A DNA stretch of 64,000 nucleotides from Gammaproteobacteria bacterium (GCA_050287605.1 JBNKCG010000018.1:43291-107290), one strand, 5' to 3'; positions 22,571 to 33,769 are shown, counted from the first letter of the stretch. The notes: a model not told the origin generated them from the letters alone. Numbers and translations are program-made.

Positions 22571-23470
22571 TCAACTGGAAAAAACGCCAGTGGAGAGATA
22601 GCGGTCACCGCGGTCGCAAATGATGCACACGATCAGCGCATCATCGACCTCCTGCGACAGACGCAACGCTGCAGCCACGGCGCCTCCGGAAGAGATCCCG
22701 GCAAAGATCCCTTCGCGCTCGGCCAGGACGCGTGCGGTTTGCTCCGCCTCGGACTGGTCCATGTCGATCACCCGGTCGACGCGCGCCGGTTCAAAGATCT
22801 GCGGAAGGTAAGCCTGCGGCCAGCGCCGTATTCCCGGGATGCTGGATCCTTCGGTCGGCTGCACGCCCACGATCTGGATTCGCGGATTCTGCTCTTTCAG
22901 ATAACGCGAAACCCCCATGATGGTTCCCGTGGTCCCCATGGCGCTGACGAAGTGGGTCACGGCGCCCTGGGTATCGCGCCAAATCTCGGGACCCGTGGAT
23001 TCGTAATGGGCCAGGGGATTATCGGGATTGGCAAACTGGTTGAGCACCCGGCCCTCGCCGGCCCGACCCATCTGATCGGCCAGGTCCCGTGCTCCCTCCA
23101 TACCCTGCGCTTTGGTCACCAGGACGATCTCGGCACCGTAGGCCTTCATCGAGGCCAGCCGCTCGGCACTCATATTGTCCGGCATAACCAAAATCATCCG
23201 GTATCCGCGAATGGCGGCCGCCATGGCCAGCGCGATGCCGGTATTGCCGCTGGTCGCCTCTATCAACACGTCACCCGGCTTGATCTCGCCGCGCGCCTCT
23301 GCGTGCTGGATCATGCTCATGGCGGGCCTGTCCTTGACCGAACCGGCGGGATTATTCCCCTCCAGTTTGACCAACAAGGTGTTGCTGCCGCCGACCGGGA
23401 GCCGTTGCAAACGGACCAGCGGAGTGCCGCCGACGAAGGATTCTATGGTGGGAAACGTCATGATCCGCAT
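22571..23470 (-). CDS. cysM: cysteine synthase B
   Basis: PLP-lysine motif NNPAGSVKDRPA; 299 aa fits CysM rather than CysK. Confidence 0.85.
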   Translation of the reverse strand: MRIMTFPTIESFVGGTPLVRLQRLPVGGSNTLLVKLEGNNPAGSVKDRPAMSMIQHAEARGEIKPGDVLIEATSGNTGIALAMAAAIRGYRMILVMPDNMSAERLASMKAYGAEIVLVTKAQGMEGARDLADQMGRAGEGRVLNQFANPDNPLAHYESTGPEIWRDTQGAVTHFVSAMGTTGTIMGVSRYLKEQNPRIQIVGVQPTEGSSIPGIRRWPQAYLPQIFEPARVDRVIDMDQSEAEQTARVLAEREGIFAGISSGGAVAAALRLSQEVDDALIVCIICDRGDRYLSTGVFSS

Positions 23471-23572
23471 TCTACCCCAACGATCTACCCATGACGATTG
23501 AACCCGCTTCGGGCACGTAGCGTGTCACTTCTGACTGAGTTAGCATAAGCTCTAGTTTCGCATAAGAATTTC

Positions 23573-25600
23573 GTGATATTGAGTCACAGGTGGAGGGGAT
23601 CTGTGCGGAGAGTGGACGCTAACCTCGGCAAGCCGGCCTTGGCACGATGTGGACCGGGCGCGCTGTTGGGATTATTGCTGATCCAAGCCGGCGTTTCGGC
23701 TCACGCCGAGAACATCGACTTACCGGTCTCGGGAGAAGACGTCTACTTCGGGGAACTGCCCATTGTGCTATCCGCGACACGGCTCAACCAGCCGATCGCC
23801 GAGGCACCGGTGGCCGTCACCGTTATTGACCGGGAAATGATCGAAGCCTCGGGTGCGCGCGAACTGGCCGATGTGTTTCGCCTGGTGCCGGGATTCTTGG
23901 TAGGGTCTTTTGACGGTCACCAGCGTTCCGTCGGCTATCACGGATTGCTCGACAGCTTCAACCGCCGCATGCAGGTGTTGGTGGACGGACGGTCGGTCTA
24001 TACCCCCACCTTCGGTGGCGTCCGCTGGAGCGATCTGCCGCTGGCGCTCGAAGATATCGAACGCATCGAAGTGGTGCGTGGACCCAATGCAGCCACCTAC
24101 GGTCCCAACTCCTTCATGGGCATCGTGAGTATCACGACGCGCCACGCCGCCGACACGCCGGGAACGCTGGTGAAGGCCGCCGCGGGTGACCCGGACTATG
24201 GCTCCGTCCTGGTGCGCAACGGGACTAATTTCGGCGACCTTGATCTACGGGTTACGATTCAGACAGATCGCGACACCGGATTTCCCGGCGTCGAAGACAC
24301 CAAACAGACCGATCGCCTCAATGTACGGGCCGACTATCAAGCCACCGCGCGGGATAACTTCGTGCTCAACACCGGGTACAGCGCTGGACCTCGCCGCGAA
24401 GGCGAAGCCACCGACACCAATCCCACGCGCAATATCGACGCCGAAAGCTATTACGTCCAAGGCCATTGGCGTCGAACACTTAGTCCCAACGAAGAGATCA
24501 GCATCCAGTTCTATCGCAACAGTTTCAAATCCGAGGATACGTTTTTTGCCACCAGCGGCCCACTTTCCGGCGAAATCGATTTCGGCCGCGAAGGCCGACG
24601 CACCGACATCGAACTGGAACACACCCTGATTCCCAGTGATACGGTGAAGATTGCTTGGGGTGCGGAGTTGCGGCGAGATCAGGGGCTGTCAAATAATATG
24701 TTCATCGGAGGCGATTACGCCAACGATGTCAAACGCCTGTTCGGCAACGTGGTGTGGGAGTTCGTACCCGGCACCATACTCAACACCGGTGCAATGATCG
24801 AGAAAAACGACCTGACCGGAACCGATATCTCTCCTCGCATTGCCCTGAACCATCGCATCAATTCAAACCACAGCGTGCGGATAACCGCTAGCCACGCTAC
24901 CCGAACACCCTCCCTCTTCGAAGGCGCCGTCGATTTCTACCACATCCTCGATTTTGGCGGCACCCCGGTGATACTGCAGAACTACCTGACCACCGACCGG
25001 CTCAAACCCGAACAAATCGATTCCATTGAGTTCGGGTACATCTTCGACCTTCCACGAAAAGGCGTTAACGGAGATATAAAACTATTCCGCGAACGTATTC
25101 GCGACCTTATCTCGGACGACACGTTCACGCTGATCACTAGTCATGGCTTACCCAACATAGGTGGTGAATCCTCTACCTTTGGCAACGTCGACAGCGCCAC
25201 GATAGACGGCGTCGAGGCGCAAATCGAGTGGCGTCCCGACAGTCGGAATCGAATCATCGCGGGAGGCGCTCTTCTTCACGCCGAAAGCGACAACATCGCC
25301 GAGGAGTATTCCAAGACTGTTCCCTCAGCCATTGTCAATTTATTGTGGATTCATCGCTCCCTGACCGGCCTGTCGACTGGGGTTTCGTACTACTACACCG
25401 ACGAGTGTCGATACCTAGGAGGAGATCAAATCGATGCCGTCAGCCGGCTGGATTTTCGAGTCTCCCAAAAGTTCGGCCCCCGCAACAATGCCGGCGAAAT
25501 CGCGTTTGTCTTTCAAAATATTTTCGGAAATTACTCGGATTTCTCCGAGACAAACACCATGGACCAGCGTGCTTACGTTAGCTTGAGCACACAGTATTAG
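23573..25600 (+). CDS. TonB-dependent outer-membrane receptor
   Basis: Signal peptide, plug domain (EAPVAVTVIDREMIEASGARELADVFRLVPG), long beta-barrel with C-terminal aromatic residue. Confidence 0.8.
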   Translation: MILSHRWRGSVRRVDANLGKPALARCGPGALLGLLLIQAGVSAHAENIDLPVSGEDVYFGELPIVLSATRLNQPIAEAPVAVTVIDREMIEASGARELADVFRLVPGFLVGSFDGHQRSVGYHGLLDSFNRRMQVLVDGRSVYTPTFGGVRWSDLPLALEDIERIEVVRGPNAATYGPNSFMGIVSITTRHAADTPGTLVKAAAGDPDYGSVLVRNGTNFGDLDLRVTIQTDRDTGFPGVEDTKQTDRLNVRADYQATARDNFVLNTGYSAGPRREGEATDTNPTRNIDAESYYVQGHWRRTLSPNEEISIQFYRNSFKSEDTFFATSGPLSGEIDFGREGRRTDIELEHTLIPSDTVKIAWGAELRRDQGLSNNMFIGGDYANDVKRLFGNVVWEFVPGTILNTGAMIEKNDLTGTDISPRIALNHRINSNHSVRITASHATRTPSLFEGAVDFYHILDFGGTPVILQNYLTTDRLKPEQIDSIEFGYIFDLPRKGVNGDIKLFRERIRDLISDDTFTLITSHGLPNIGGESSTFGNVDSATIDGVEAQIEWRPDSRNRIIAGGALLHAESDNIAEEYSKTVPSAIVNLLWIHRSLTGLSTGVSYYYTDECRYLGGDQIDAVSRLDFRVSQKFGPRNNAGEIAFVFQNIFGNYSDFSETNTMDQRAYVSLSTQY

Positions 25601-25627
25601 CGGCACCCATCAATTTGCAAAATCGCG

Positions 25628-26605
25628 ATGTGGTTACGGATGCACAGCCGAGTTTTCATAGAGTTGTTACAACCGCGAGGTCGCCGACTTGCGACAAGCG
25701 TTGTCTTGTTCATTCTTGTGTTTCCAGTTTCTTTCTCCGTCTTCGCCGACACCACGAAAATAGGGATTCTCTATTCTGAGCACTCTGCTGCACAGAGTGA
25801 AGTGGTACACGAGATTGAGCGGATATTGCAGCAATCGCTGGTCAATAGCATTTCAGTGACGACGATCAAAATCGAAAGCAGCACCGTCGACTCACTATTG
25901 AAAGCACCGCGGGATCTTATTATTACTGTTGGCCTAGAAGCTGCACTGCTCTGCCGCGACCGATGCAAAGCAACCTCACTACTGCGAGCACTAATTCCGA
26001 AACGCACTGCCGAATCGGTCCTCCTCAACAATGCAGACGTGCGGGTATATGACATCTATCTCGACCAACCCGTCCCTCGCCTCATGCGACTACTGAAACT
26101 CGCCCTCCCCTACGACAACAACGTTGCGGTGCTTTTGGGTCCCTCTTCGTCATCGCTGGAGAGTGATTTGGGGCGAGCGGGAAAAAACCATGGCCTAACC
26201 TTGCATATTGAAAAAGTCTCCGACCAATCGGAACTGATCACTGCGCTCGAACGTTTGCTCAAGCAGAGCCAAGTCCTGCTCGCCGTGCCGGATCCTCTAA
26301 TATACAACCGGTTTACGGTTCAGAAGATATTGTTAACTACCTACCGGCACCAGATTCCCGTCGTATCATTTTCCGCCGCCCTGGTCCGCGCCGGCGCTTC
26401 AATAGCAGTATATTCATCGCCCGATCAAATAGGGCGGCATATCGGCGAAATCGCCGTCCGCATCGTGGGAAAACAGAATCCACCCCAATCGAGCTTTCCG
26501 TTGTATTACTCCGTCACCACCAACCACCAAGTTGCCCGTTCGCTCGGCCTCAATCTACCTGCCGATGAGTCATTGCTGGACATGCTGTTGGCACACGAAA
26601 GGTAG
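25628..26605 (+). CDS. periplasmic binding protein (ABC_sub_bind-like) partnered with the downstream hybrid kinase
   Basis: Signal peptide/TM then ~300-aa periplasmic-binding-like fold; 7-bp gap to the kinase gene. Confidence 0.55.
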   Translation: MWLRMHSRVFIELLQPRGRRLATSVVLFILVFPVSFSVFADTTKIGILYSEHSAAQSEVVHEIERILQQSLVNSISVTTIKIESSTVDSLLKAPRDLIITVGLEAALLCRDRCKATSLLRALIPKRTAESVLLNNADVRVYDIYLDQPVPRLMRLLKLALPYDNNVAVLLGPSSSSLESDLGRAGKNHGLTLHIEKVSDQSELITALERLLKQSQVLLAVPDPLIYNRFTVQKILLTTYRHQIPVVSFSAALVRAGASIAVYSSPDQIGRHIGEIAVRIVGKQNPPQSSFPLYYSVTTNHQVARSLGLNLPADESLLDMLLAHER

Positions 26606-26611
26606 GCCGCA

Positions 26612-29600
26612 GTGAGCCTGGGTATCCGCAGACGCGTACTCCTTGTCGCCCTGGTGCCGGCGCTGGTAATTTCGTTGTTCATGCTGAGCTATTTCGTTGC
26701 CAGCAGGCTTGATGCCGCAGAAGAAAATCTAAAAGACCGCGGACAGAGTTTCGCACATCAGCTCGCGTCGATGAGTGAATACGCCGTATTTTCCGGCAAT
26801 CTCGCGTATCTTAGATTTCCAGGCGTAAGCGTTCAAATCAACGAAGATCCTGATATTCGAGCCGCAATCATCCGTGACGCAAGCGGATTGGTTTTGATGA
26901 CGTATGGCGAGACCACCGCCCACCTTGGAGAGGTGCGACTGGTCGAATCAAACGGGACACCGACCAAAACCGACTACGGGACCATATTGATCAATCAACC
27001 CATAGAGTTGACTTCTGTAGTGGTCAACGATTTTGAAGAAGACTCATCCGCATCCAATAGTGGCAAAAAACCCTCTTCTCCCCAACTCGGGTGGGTGACG
27101 GTTGAAATGTCACTGGACGCCTTACGCGCAGAACAACGCCAAATCGTTGCACGAGCCATCGCGTTCCTTCTCGGTGGATTGTTGTTGAGCGCATGGGTCG
27201 CTCACCGAATGAGTCGTGGAGTGGTCGACCCAATACTCTCTCTAACAAACGCAGTTCGCAGTATCGAGGCGGGCGATTTAACAACTCGCGTTCCGCTGAG
27301 CGCTGAGGGTGAGCTACTGGAGCTGGAATCCGGCATCAATCGTATGACGTCGTCGTTACAAACGGCTCAGGAGCGTTTGCAGGAGCAGGTGCAAAACGCC
27401 ACCGAAGGGCTGCGCAACTCGTTAGAAGCGCTCGCGGTACAGGAGTCGCGGTACCGCGAGCTAGTACAGAACGCGAACAGTTTCATCATGAAGCTGGACC
27501 CTGAAGGACGAATCTTATACGTCAACCCTTATGCTGAAACGTATCTCGGTATCTCCTCCGAACACCTATTGGGCAGAGACGTGATCGGGACGGTATTTCC
27601 CGTTCAAGCAACTGCATCGATTTCCGCCATGGTACGTGACCCCGACAATGTAATGATCCCCGACGACATCACCATAGCGAAGGACCGTCGCCGTGTGTAC
27701 GTGAGTTGGTCCAATCGCCCGGTTCTCGATATCGATGGAAAACTCGTAGATATTATCTGCATCGGTCACGACATTACCGAACGTCGCACCATCGAAATCG
27801 CTATGGAGCTGCTCGCTTCCGCCGGAGGCGCGGAGAATACCGTATTCGATGATATCGCCCGAGCAACCCAGGTCGGTCTCGATTCCGTCGCCGCGTACGT
27901 TGTTTCCATAAATACTGAAACGGAAGTGTCACTGCTCGGTTTTTGGCATCGTGATCTCCAGTCCCGCATTGATATTGCCGACTCCGGGTTGGCCGATATT
28001 CTCCAGTATGCGCTACACGAAGGAATCCGACGTCTCGAGTTAGCCCGACTGGGACGAAAAGATCTAGACCGCTTCTTCACCGCAAGCGATGCGACGTCAC
28101 TGATACTGGAGCGTGTTGCGGAATCACCCGACACCGAAGATGTCTGGTTAATTGCCACTGACAAAATTCCCCTCGTTCTTGCGCCCGCGCGACAGGCATT
28201 CTTGCATTTGGTGTCACGGCGCACCGGCATCGAAATCCATCGCATTTATGCCGAACGTGAACTATCCGATGCGCGCGATCAAGCGCTGATGGCCTCCAGG
28301 GTAAAAAGTGAGTTTCTCGCCAACATGAGCCACGAAATACGTACTCCTATGAACGGAATCGTGGGATTTACCAATCTCTTGCTGCGCAGCCGGCTCACCC
28401 GCGAGCAACACAACTACGTTTCAACAGTGAGAAAGTCCGCCCACAGTCTGCTAGCGATTATCAACGACGTACTCGATCTCTCGAAGATCGAATCAGGGAA
28501 ACTGAAAATAGACGAAACCCCCTTCGATCTTCGCGAATGCGTTGAGGACGCCATATCCCTTCTGGCTCCCTCGGCATCCGAAAAAGGCCTAGAGTTGGTA
28601 ACGCTGATTTATGCCGACGTGCCTTGTCAACTCATCGGCGATCCAATACGGATTCGTCAAGTGCTCATCAACCTAGTTGGCAATGCGGTCAAATTTACGA
28701 ACCAAGGTACAGTCGCGATTCGAGTCATGCTCGAGGAGCGCAGCGGCGACGAGGTCACATTGGAGCTACGAGTAACCGACACGGGCATCGGGCTGAGTAC
28801 CGAGGACCAACACAGACTGTTCACGGCGTTCACCCAAGCAGATACCTCTGAAACCCGTCGATTTGGGGGAACCGGTCTAGGATTGGCCATTTCGAAGAAA
28901 TTGATTGAACAGATGAATGGCGAAGTCGGGTTGGAAAGCGAACTCGGTGCAGGCTCAAGTTTTTGGTTCAAATTACCCCTTAAGTGTGACACCGAGATCG
29001 ACCCCAAGATTCCCACCCGACCAAACCCACTTGCGGGGATGCGCTCCCTCTTGTTCGACAGCCAAGATCTTTCCCGCCTTGCACTACGCCACACTCTCGA
29101 GTCTTTCGGATTATTGGTCGACGAGGCGTCCAATTTTGACCAGGCAATCGGTTTGATCAATCGATCCGCAGAGTCACGCCTCCACTATGACGCGGCAGTT
29201 GTGGGACTAACGCGTGCTCAAATGGGAGGCGATGACTGTCGTTCGTTCTATCGGCACGTGGATCAAATCTCACATACACCTGTCATTGTTTTATCCGGCG
29301 CAATGGCTCATGAAGAGATAAGCGAACAATGCGAGGAGTGCGTCTCGTTGTGCTTATCGAAACCCGTACGAACCGATCAACTCTATTTTCGCTTATGTGA
29401 CTTGTTAAGCGACACCAACGATCAATCGGTATCTCTTTCCTTCCGACACGACACCATTGCACACCCCGCCGTTGACGAGCTTCGTTTTTCCGGTCGTAGA
29501 GTACTGGTGGTCGAAGACAACCTGATCAACGCGCGACTGCTCACCATTCTGTTGCGCGACGCTGGAATCGTAGCCCACCATGTGACAACGGGATTTCAGG

Positions 29601-30268
29601 CCGTGGATCTCGCGCAACGCCAATCGTTCGATCTCATTTTGATGGATATACACATGCCAGAAATGAGCGGTTTACAGGCCGCAGAACAGATTCGCGCGAA
29701 TGAGCCACCCGGATCACACGTCCCTATTGTCGCGTTGACCGCCAACGCTCAACCACGCGAGCGCGAGCGCGCACTGAACGCAGGTATGGACGAGTTTATC
29801 TCGAAGCCCATAGACGAGAAGCTGCTTTGGAATATTTTCGAAAGTCTGCTTTCTCCTGGGACTCAGCATCCGCTGGATAGACAGACTACAGATCATGCCG
29901 ATTCATCACTTCCTACGCGAGACATCTCTGCAGCGATCCGCACAAGCGGGGGGAACAACCAACTATCCGAAGAACTATTTGAGATGTTACTGCGTCAACT
30001 CCCCGAACACATGCGGGCGATTCAGCAAATGTACGACAAGCGTCTGTGGCTGGAGTTACGGGAAGAGGTACATAAACTTCGCGGATCCGCCGCCTATTGC
30101 GCGTTACCCGGCCTCCTGAAGGCAACTCAGTCTTTTGAGGAGGCGCTTGCCACTAGTCCCGACGACACCGACTACACTGACATGGTTGCTCAAGTCTTTC
30201 ACGAAATCGATCGATTGCTGGTTGGTCGCCACTCAAAAAATGCTACCGGAAACGCTCGTCCAACCTAA
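26612..30268 (+). CDS. hybrid sensor histidine kinase (TM-HAMP-PAS-HisKA-HATPase, degenerate REC, REC, Hpt)
   Basis: H-box FLANMSHEIRTPMNGI; N/G boxes LVGNAVKFT, DTGIGL, GGTGLGLAI; receiver RVLVVEDNLINA...DLILMDIHMP; C-terminal Hpt HKLRGSAAY. Confidence 0.9.
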   Translation: MSLGIRRRVLLVALVPALVISLFMLSYFVASRLDAAEENLKDRGQSFAHQLASMSEYAVFSGNLAYLRFPGVSVQINEDPDIRAAIIRDASGLVLMTYGETTAHLGEVRLVESNGTPTKTDYGTILINQPIELTSVVVNDFEEDSSASNSGKKPSSPQLGWVTVEMSLDALRAEQRQIVARAIAFLLGGLLLSAWVAHRMSRGVVDPILSLTNAVRSIEAGDLTTRVPLSAEGELLELESGINRMTSSLQTAQERLQEQVQNATEGLRNSLEALAVQESRYRELVQNANSFIMKLDPEGRILYVNPYAETYLGISSEHLLGRDVIGTVFPVQATASISAMVRDPDNVMIPDDITIAKDRRRVYVSWSNRPVLDIDGKLVDIICIGHDITERRTIEIAMELLASAGGAENTVFDDIARATQVGLDSVAAYVVSINTETEVSLLGFWHRDLQSRIDIADSGLADILQYALHEGIRRLELARLGRKDLDRFFTASDATSLILERVAESPDTEDVWLIATDKIPLVLAPARQAFLHLVSRRTGIEIHRIYAERELSDARDQALMASRVKSEFLANMSHEIRTPMNGIVGFTNLLLRSRLTREQHNYVSTVRKSAHSLLAIINDVLDLSKIESGKLKIDETPFDLRECVEDAISLLAPSASEKGLELVTLIYADVPCQLIGDPIRIRQVLINLVGNAVKFTNQGTVAIRVMLEERSGDEVTLELRVTDTGIGLSTEDQHRLFTAFTQADTSETRRFGGTGLGLAISKKLIEQMNGEVGLESELGAGSSFWFKLPLKCDTEIDPKIPTRPNPLAGMRSLLFDSQDLSRLALRHTLESFGLLVDEASNFDQAIGLINRSAESRLHYDAAVVGLTRAQMGGDDCRSFYRHVDQISHTPVIVLSGAMAHEEISEQCEECVSLCLSKPVRTDQLYFRLCDLLSDTNDQSVSLSFRHDTIAHPAVDELRFSGRRVLVVEDNLINARLLTILLRDAGIVAHHVTTGFQAVDLAQRQSFDLILMDIHMPEMSGLQAAEQIRANEPPGSHVPIVALTANAQPRERERALNAGMDEFISKPIDEKLLWNIFESLLSPGTQHPLDRQTTDHADSSLPTRDISAAIRTSGGNNQLSEELFEMLLRQLPEHMRAIQQMYDKRLWLELREEVHKLRGSAAYCALPGLLKATQSFEEALATSPDDTDYTDMVAQVFHEIDRLLVGRHSKNATGNARPT

Positions 30269-30288
30269 TCGCTTCAGTACACAACACC

Positions 30289-30669
30289 TCAAGCATGCTC
30301 CAGCACGACAAAACCTAGTGCGTATTCTTTTTCATCTGCCAAGCTCAACCAAGCGCTGGTAACCCCCTTTTTCAAACTAACATCCAGCGCGCGGCCCTTC
30401 AAAACAAGCAAGGGTTGCCCGGCCCCATCATGCGTAACGACAATGTCGCATTTCCTCACACCCTGACCGAATCCCGTACCCAAGGCTTTTGCCGCAGCCT
30501 CTTTAGCCGCAAACCGTTTTGCCAAAAAGGCTACGGAACGTCCGGTATTTTTGTAGTCCTCCAGTTCCTGCTCCGCGAGTATGCGCGCAGCCAGGCGATC
30601 TCCATGTCGTGCGACGATTCTTTCCATTCGCGGGACCGATACCACATCCACCCCTATCCCTACGATCAC
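30289..30669 (-). CDS. acpS: holo-[acyl-carrier-protein] synthase
   Basis: [10 protein letters not shown] start and AcpS fold; GTG start directly after the pdxJ stop (pdxJ-acpS order as in E. coli). Confidence 0.8.
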   Translation of the reverse strand: MIVGIGVDVVSVPRMERIVARHGDRLAARILAEQELEDYKNTGRSVAFLAKRFAAKEAAAKALGTGFGQGVRKCDIVVTHDGAGQPLLVLKGRALDVSLKKGVTSAWLSLADEKEYALGFVVLEHA

Positions 30670-31424
30670 GTTCTCCTGGCCTCCTGCATCAGCTGTTTCA
30701 TCTCGCGCACCGCCCTCGCCAGCCCGACAAACAGTGCCCGACAAATGATTGAGTGACCAATATTGAGCTCATGAATTGCCGGCAGCCTAGCAATGGATTT
30801 CACATTGTGATAGTTGAGGCCATGTCCGGCATTGACGACGAGGTTTAGGCTATGTGCGTACGCTACCGCCTCTGCAATACGCTGGTATTCTTTCTCTACC
30901 TCGCGGGGATCTTTCGCGTCGGCATAGGCACCTGTGTGTATCTCTACTACCGGAGCGCCGACAGCAGCCGCAGCATCGATTTGAGCGGGGTCGGGATCGA
31001 CAAACAGTGAAACGCAAACTCCCGCGTTCCGCAACCGTGTCGTCGCCGCCTGAACACGATCACGATTTCCCGCGACATTCAATCCCCCTTCCGTGGTTAA
31101 CTCCCGCCGTTTTTCTGGGACCAAACAACAGTGCTCCGGCTTGATATCGCATGCGATGGAGAGCATCTCCTCGTGCACGGCCAGTTCCAGATTCATTCGG
31201 GTCTGCAGAGTATCGCGCAACAGAACAACATCGCGTTCCTGGATGTGGCGGCGATCTTCTCGCAAATGAATTGTTATGCCATCGGCTCCCGCAAGTTCTG
31301 CCTCAAACGCGGCCTGCACGGGATCAGGGTACCGTGTTCCCCGCGCCTGCCGCAAAGTCGCCACATGATCGATATTGACCCCCAGCGCTATCTGATGATC
31401 ACTGCCCCCGATACTGTCGTTCAT
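30666..31424 (-). CDS. pdxJ: pyridoxine 5'-phosphate synthase
   Basis: [16 protein letters not shown] motif; TIM-barrel length. Confidence 0.9.
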   Translation of the reverse strand: MNDSIGGSDHQIALGVNIDHVATLRQARGTRYPDPVQAAFEAELAGADGITIHLREDRRHIQERDVVLLRDTLQTRMNLELAVHEEMLSIACDIKPEHCCLVPEKRRELTTEGGLNVAGNRDRVQAATTRLRNAGVCVSLFVDPDPAQIDAAAAVGAPVVEIHTGAYADAKDPREVEKEYQRIAEAVAYAHSLNLVVNAGHGLNYHNVKSIARLPAIHELNIGHSIICRALFVGLARAVREMKQLMQEARRT

Positions 31425-31433
31425 GATAAGCTC

Positions 31434-32165
31434 TCACGGATCCACACGATTGTTCGCACCTAAATAGCCACGAACAAGCTCGCGACTCTTGAGCGGTTTA
31501 TCACCCAAATAGCGCTTAAGCGCTCTTTGGAGAAGCCAACGCGCCTCCTTCAGCTGAGATAGACTCATTGGTTGCCCACTGCCCAACGCAATCAAAGTCG
31601 ATCCACTGATCACTCGTTCCCCCGGGCACTCCCCGCTGACCGGTCCTTCTTCCAGTTTGTAACAATACCGTCGATCGGGGTGAATCGTTTCACCCGTGTT
31701 CACATCGTGATCAAGAATCAGTCCGTACCCGATCTCTTCCAGCAACTGCTTTTCGAACATCCTCAGTGCCTGCAACTGCTGGCCGTCCCTACCGACACCG
31801 TCTAATGCGTGCTCGTACGCCGCAAATAGCGTCGGGTGCGGATCGTGACGAATCAGTAGCCGCATCAACAACTCGTTCAGGTAGAACCCGCACGCAAGAT
31901 CGCGGCCCTGCAGTCGGTGAGCCACTCCCCCGCTCTCTGCGCCGATCAACGTACCCAGTTCGTGCCGTTCGATCCACGTCACCTTGAGCGGCATGAAGGG
32001 TTGGATAAGCCCTCTCAGTGATGAACGTGGAGCCCGCACTCCGCGCGCGACCACACCCACTCGACCATGCGAGGCAGTAAAAAACTCGGCAATCAGACTT
32101 GTCTCACGGTATCGCCGCGCATGCAATACGTAAGCTGGTTGCAACTCTATTCGACGTGTTTGCAC
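31434..32165 (-). CDS. recO: DNA repair protein RecO
   Basis: AYVLHARRYRETSLIAEFFTASHGR N-terminal OB fold; conserved recO-era-rnc order. Confidence 0.85.
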   Translation of the reverse strand: MQTRRIELQPAYVLHARRYRETSLIAEFFTASHGRVGVVARGVRAPRSSLRGLIQPFMPLKVTWIERHELGTLIGAESGGVAHRLQGRDLACGFYLNELLMRLLIRHDPHPTLFAAYEHALDGVGRDGQQLQALRMFEKQLLEEIGYGLILDHDVNTGETIHPDRRYCYKLEEGPVSGECPGERVISGSTLIALGSGQPMSLSQLKEARWLLQRALKRYLGDKPLKSRELVRGYLGANNRVDP

Positions 32166-32196
32166 TCATCCCTCGCTGCTGCCTCTCACGAGGCCC

Positions 32197-33102
32197 TTAT
32201 GTCTCGGTGTAACCGAGGGAGCGCAACGCCCTATCGTCGTCAACCCATCCTTCACGGACCTTAACCCACAACCGAAGAAACACCTTGCGTCCGATCAGAT
32301 TTTCAATGTCCACTCGGGAAACTGCACCGATTTTCTTCAGCATCTGACCTCCTTTTCCTATAACAATGGCCTTCTGTCCCGCGCGTTCGACCCATATGAC
32401 CGCTTCGATGTGCGTGATTTCAGGATCGTCTCGGTACTGTTCAATTTCCACGGTGAGTGCGTAGGGAAGCTCCTTAGCAAGATGGCGAATGAGTTTCTCG
32501 CGTATGATTTCCGCGACCAGAAAGCGCTCGCTTCTGTCCGTTACTTGATCTTCCGGAAAAAGAAAATCACCTTCAGGCAACACCTCAATCACTGCCTGTT
32601 CGAGTGTTTTCACCTGATCCCCCTTGAGGGCCGAGAGTGGAACGACTGCTGCATAATTTCCGTTGCGACTCAAGGAATCGAGCCACGGAAGCAATTGCGT
32701 CTTGTCGTCAATTCTGTCGATCTTGTTGACCGCAAGAAACACCGGGGTGCGAATAGCCTTAATGCGTTCCAGGACTCTCTCATCGTCGTCAGTCCAGCGC
32801 AGCCCCTCCACAACGAAAATGATCGCATCGACATCCTGCAATGCGGCCGCAGCGGTGCGATTCATATAGCGATTCATCGCACGCTTGGCACCACCATGCA
32901 GTCCCGGGGTATCGACGTAGACTATTTGCGCCTTCCCGACAGTGTGAATACCCAGCAACGCATGACGCGTGGTTTGCGGACGCCGGGAAGTAATACTGAG
33001 TTTGTACTCCAACAAACGATTGAGCAACGTGGACTTCCCGACATTGGGCCGGCCTACGAGGGCAACGTATCCGCTGCGAGTTCTAGTCACCTTGCAAAAC
33101 AC
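32197..33102 (-). CDS. era: GTPase Era
   Basis: GRPNVGKSTLLN G1 motif; C-terminal KH domain. Confidence 0.95.
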   Translation of the reverse strand: MFCKVTRTRSGYVALVGRPNVGKSTLLNRLLEYKLSITSRRPQTTRHALLGIHTVGKAQIVYVDTPGLHGGAKRAMNRYMNRTAAAALQDVDAIIFVVEGLRWTDDDERVLERIKAIRTPVFLAVNKIDRIDDKTQLLPWLDSLSRNGNYAAVVPLSALKGDQVKTLEQAVIEVLPEGDFLFPEDQVTDRSERFLVAEIIREKLIRHLAKELPYALTVEIEQYRDDPEITHIEAVIWVERAGQKAIVIGKGGQMLKKIGAVSRVDIENLIGRKVFLRLWVKVREGWVDDDRALRSLGYTET

Positions 33103-33769
33103 CCAGCTTCTTCAACGCCTCCTGCGCAGCTTGCTGTTCGGCGCGCCTGCGGCTGCTCCCTGATCCCGTTACGGCATCGTCAAGACCAGAGACGCGGCAG
33201 GTAACGACAAACGTCTGCGCATGGGGCTGCCCCTTTACGTCATGGACTTCGTACTCGGGAAGCTCTTTCTGGCGCGCTTGCAGGTATTCCTGAAGTTGTG
33301 TCTTTGGGTCCTTGACTTCAATCAACTCGTCCAGCGCTTCAATTCTTTCTCCTAGCAGCCGGGTTACCAGGGCGATCGCCGCGTCAAATCCAGCATCCAG
33401 ATATACCGCTCCAATAATACTCTCCAGGGCATCGGCCAGAATGGACTCACGCCGAAATCCTCCGCTCTTGAGTTCTCCCGAACCGAGCCTGAGATGATCC
33501 CCAAGATCCAGTTCAAACCCAATTTCCGCCAACGTTTCGCGCCTAACCAAGCGGGCACGGTAGCGGCTCAATTCACCTTCGTCCGCTTGAGGATAAGTAC
33601 GGTAAAGTGCCTCGGCTGTCACCAACCCCAGCACCGCATCACCTAGAAATTCCAGACGCTCGTTATTGCGGCTATCGGCGCTGCGATGCGTCAACGCCTG
33701 CTCCAGCAGGACTGTATCCGAAAACTGCGCGTTCAGCTTGCGCAGCAGTTTCGAATGATCTGCCATCAA
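33083..33769 (-). CDS. rnc: ribonuclease III
   Basis: ERLEFLGDAVLG signature; dsRBD. Confidence 0.95.
   Translation of the reverse strand: MMADHSKLLRKLNAQFSDTVLLEQALTHRSADSRNNERLEFLGDAVLGLVTAEALYRTYPQADEGELSRYRARLVRRETLAEIGFELDLGDHLRLGSGELKSGGFRRESILADALESIIGAVYLDAGFDAAIALVTRLLGERIEALDELIEVKDPKTQLQEYLQARQKELPEYEVHDVKGQPHAQTFVVTCRVSGLDDAVTGSGSSRRRAEQQAAQEALKKLGVLQGD

Noticed and set aside
23471-23572. Mobile-element boundary (integrase, tRNA, direct repeats) at the left edge of the low-GC block
   Set aside because: No integrase, transposase, tRNA gene or obvious direct repeats were seen at either edge. The block contains essential genes, so a classical genomic island is unlikely. Reported as a compositional anomaly instead.
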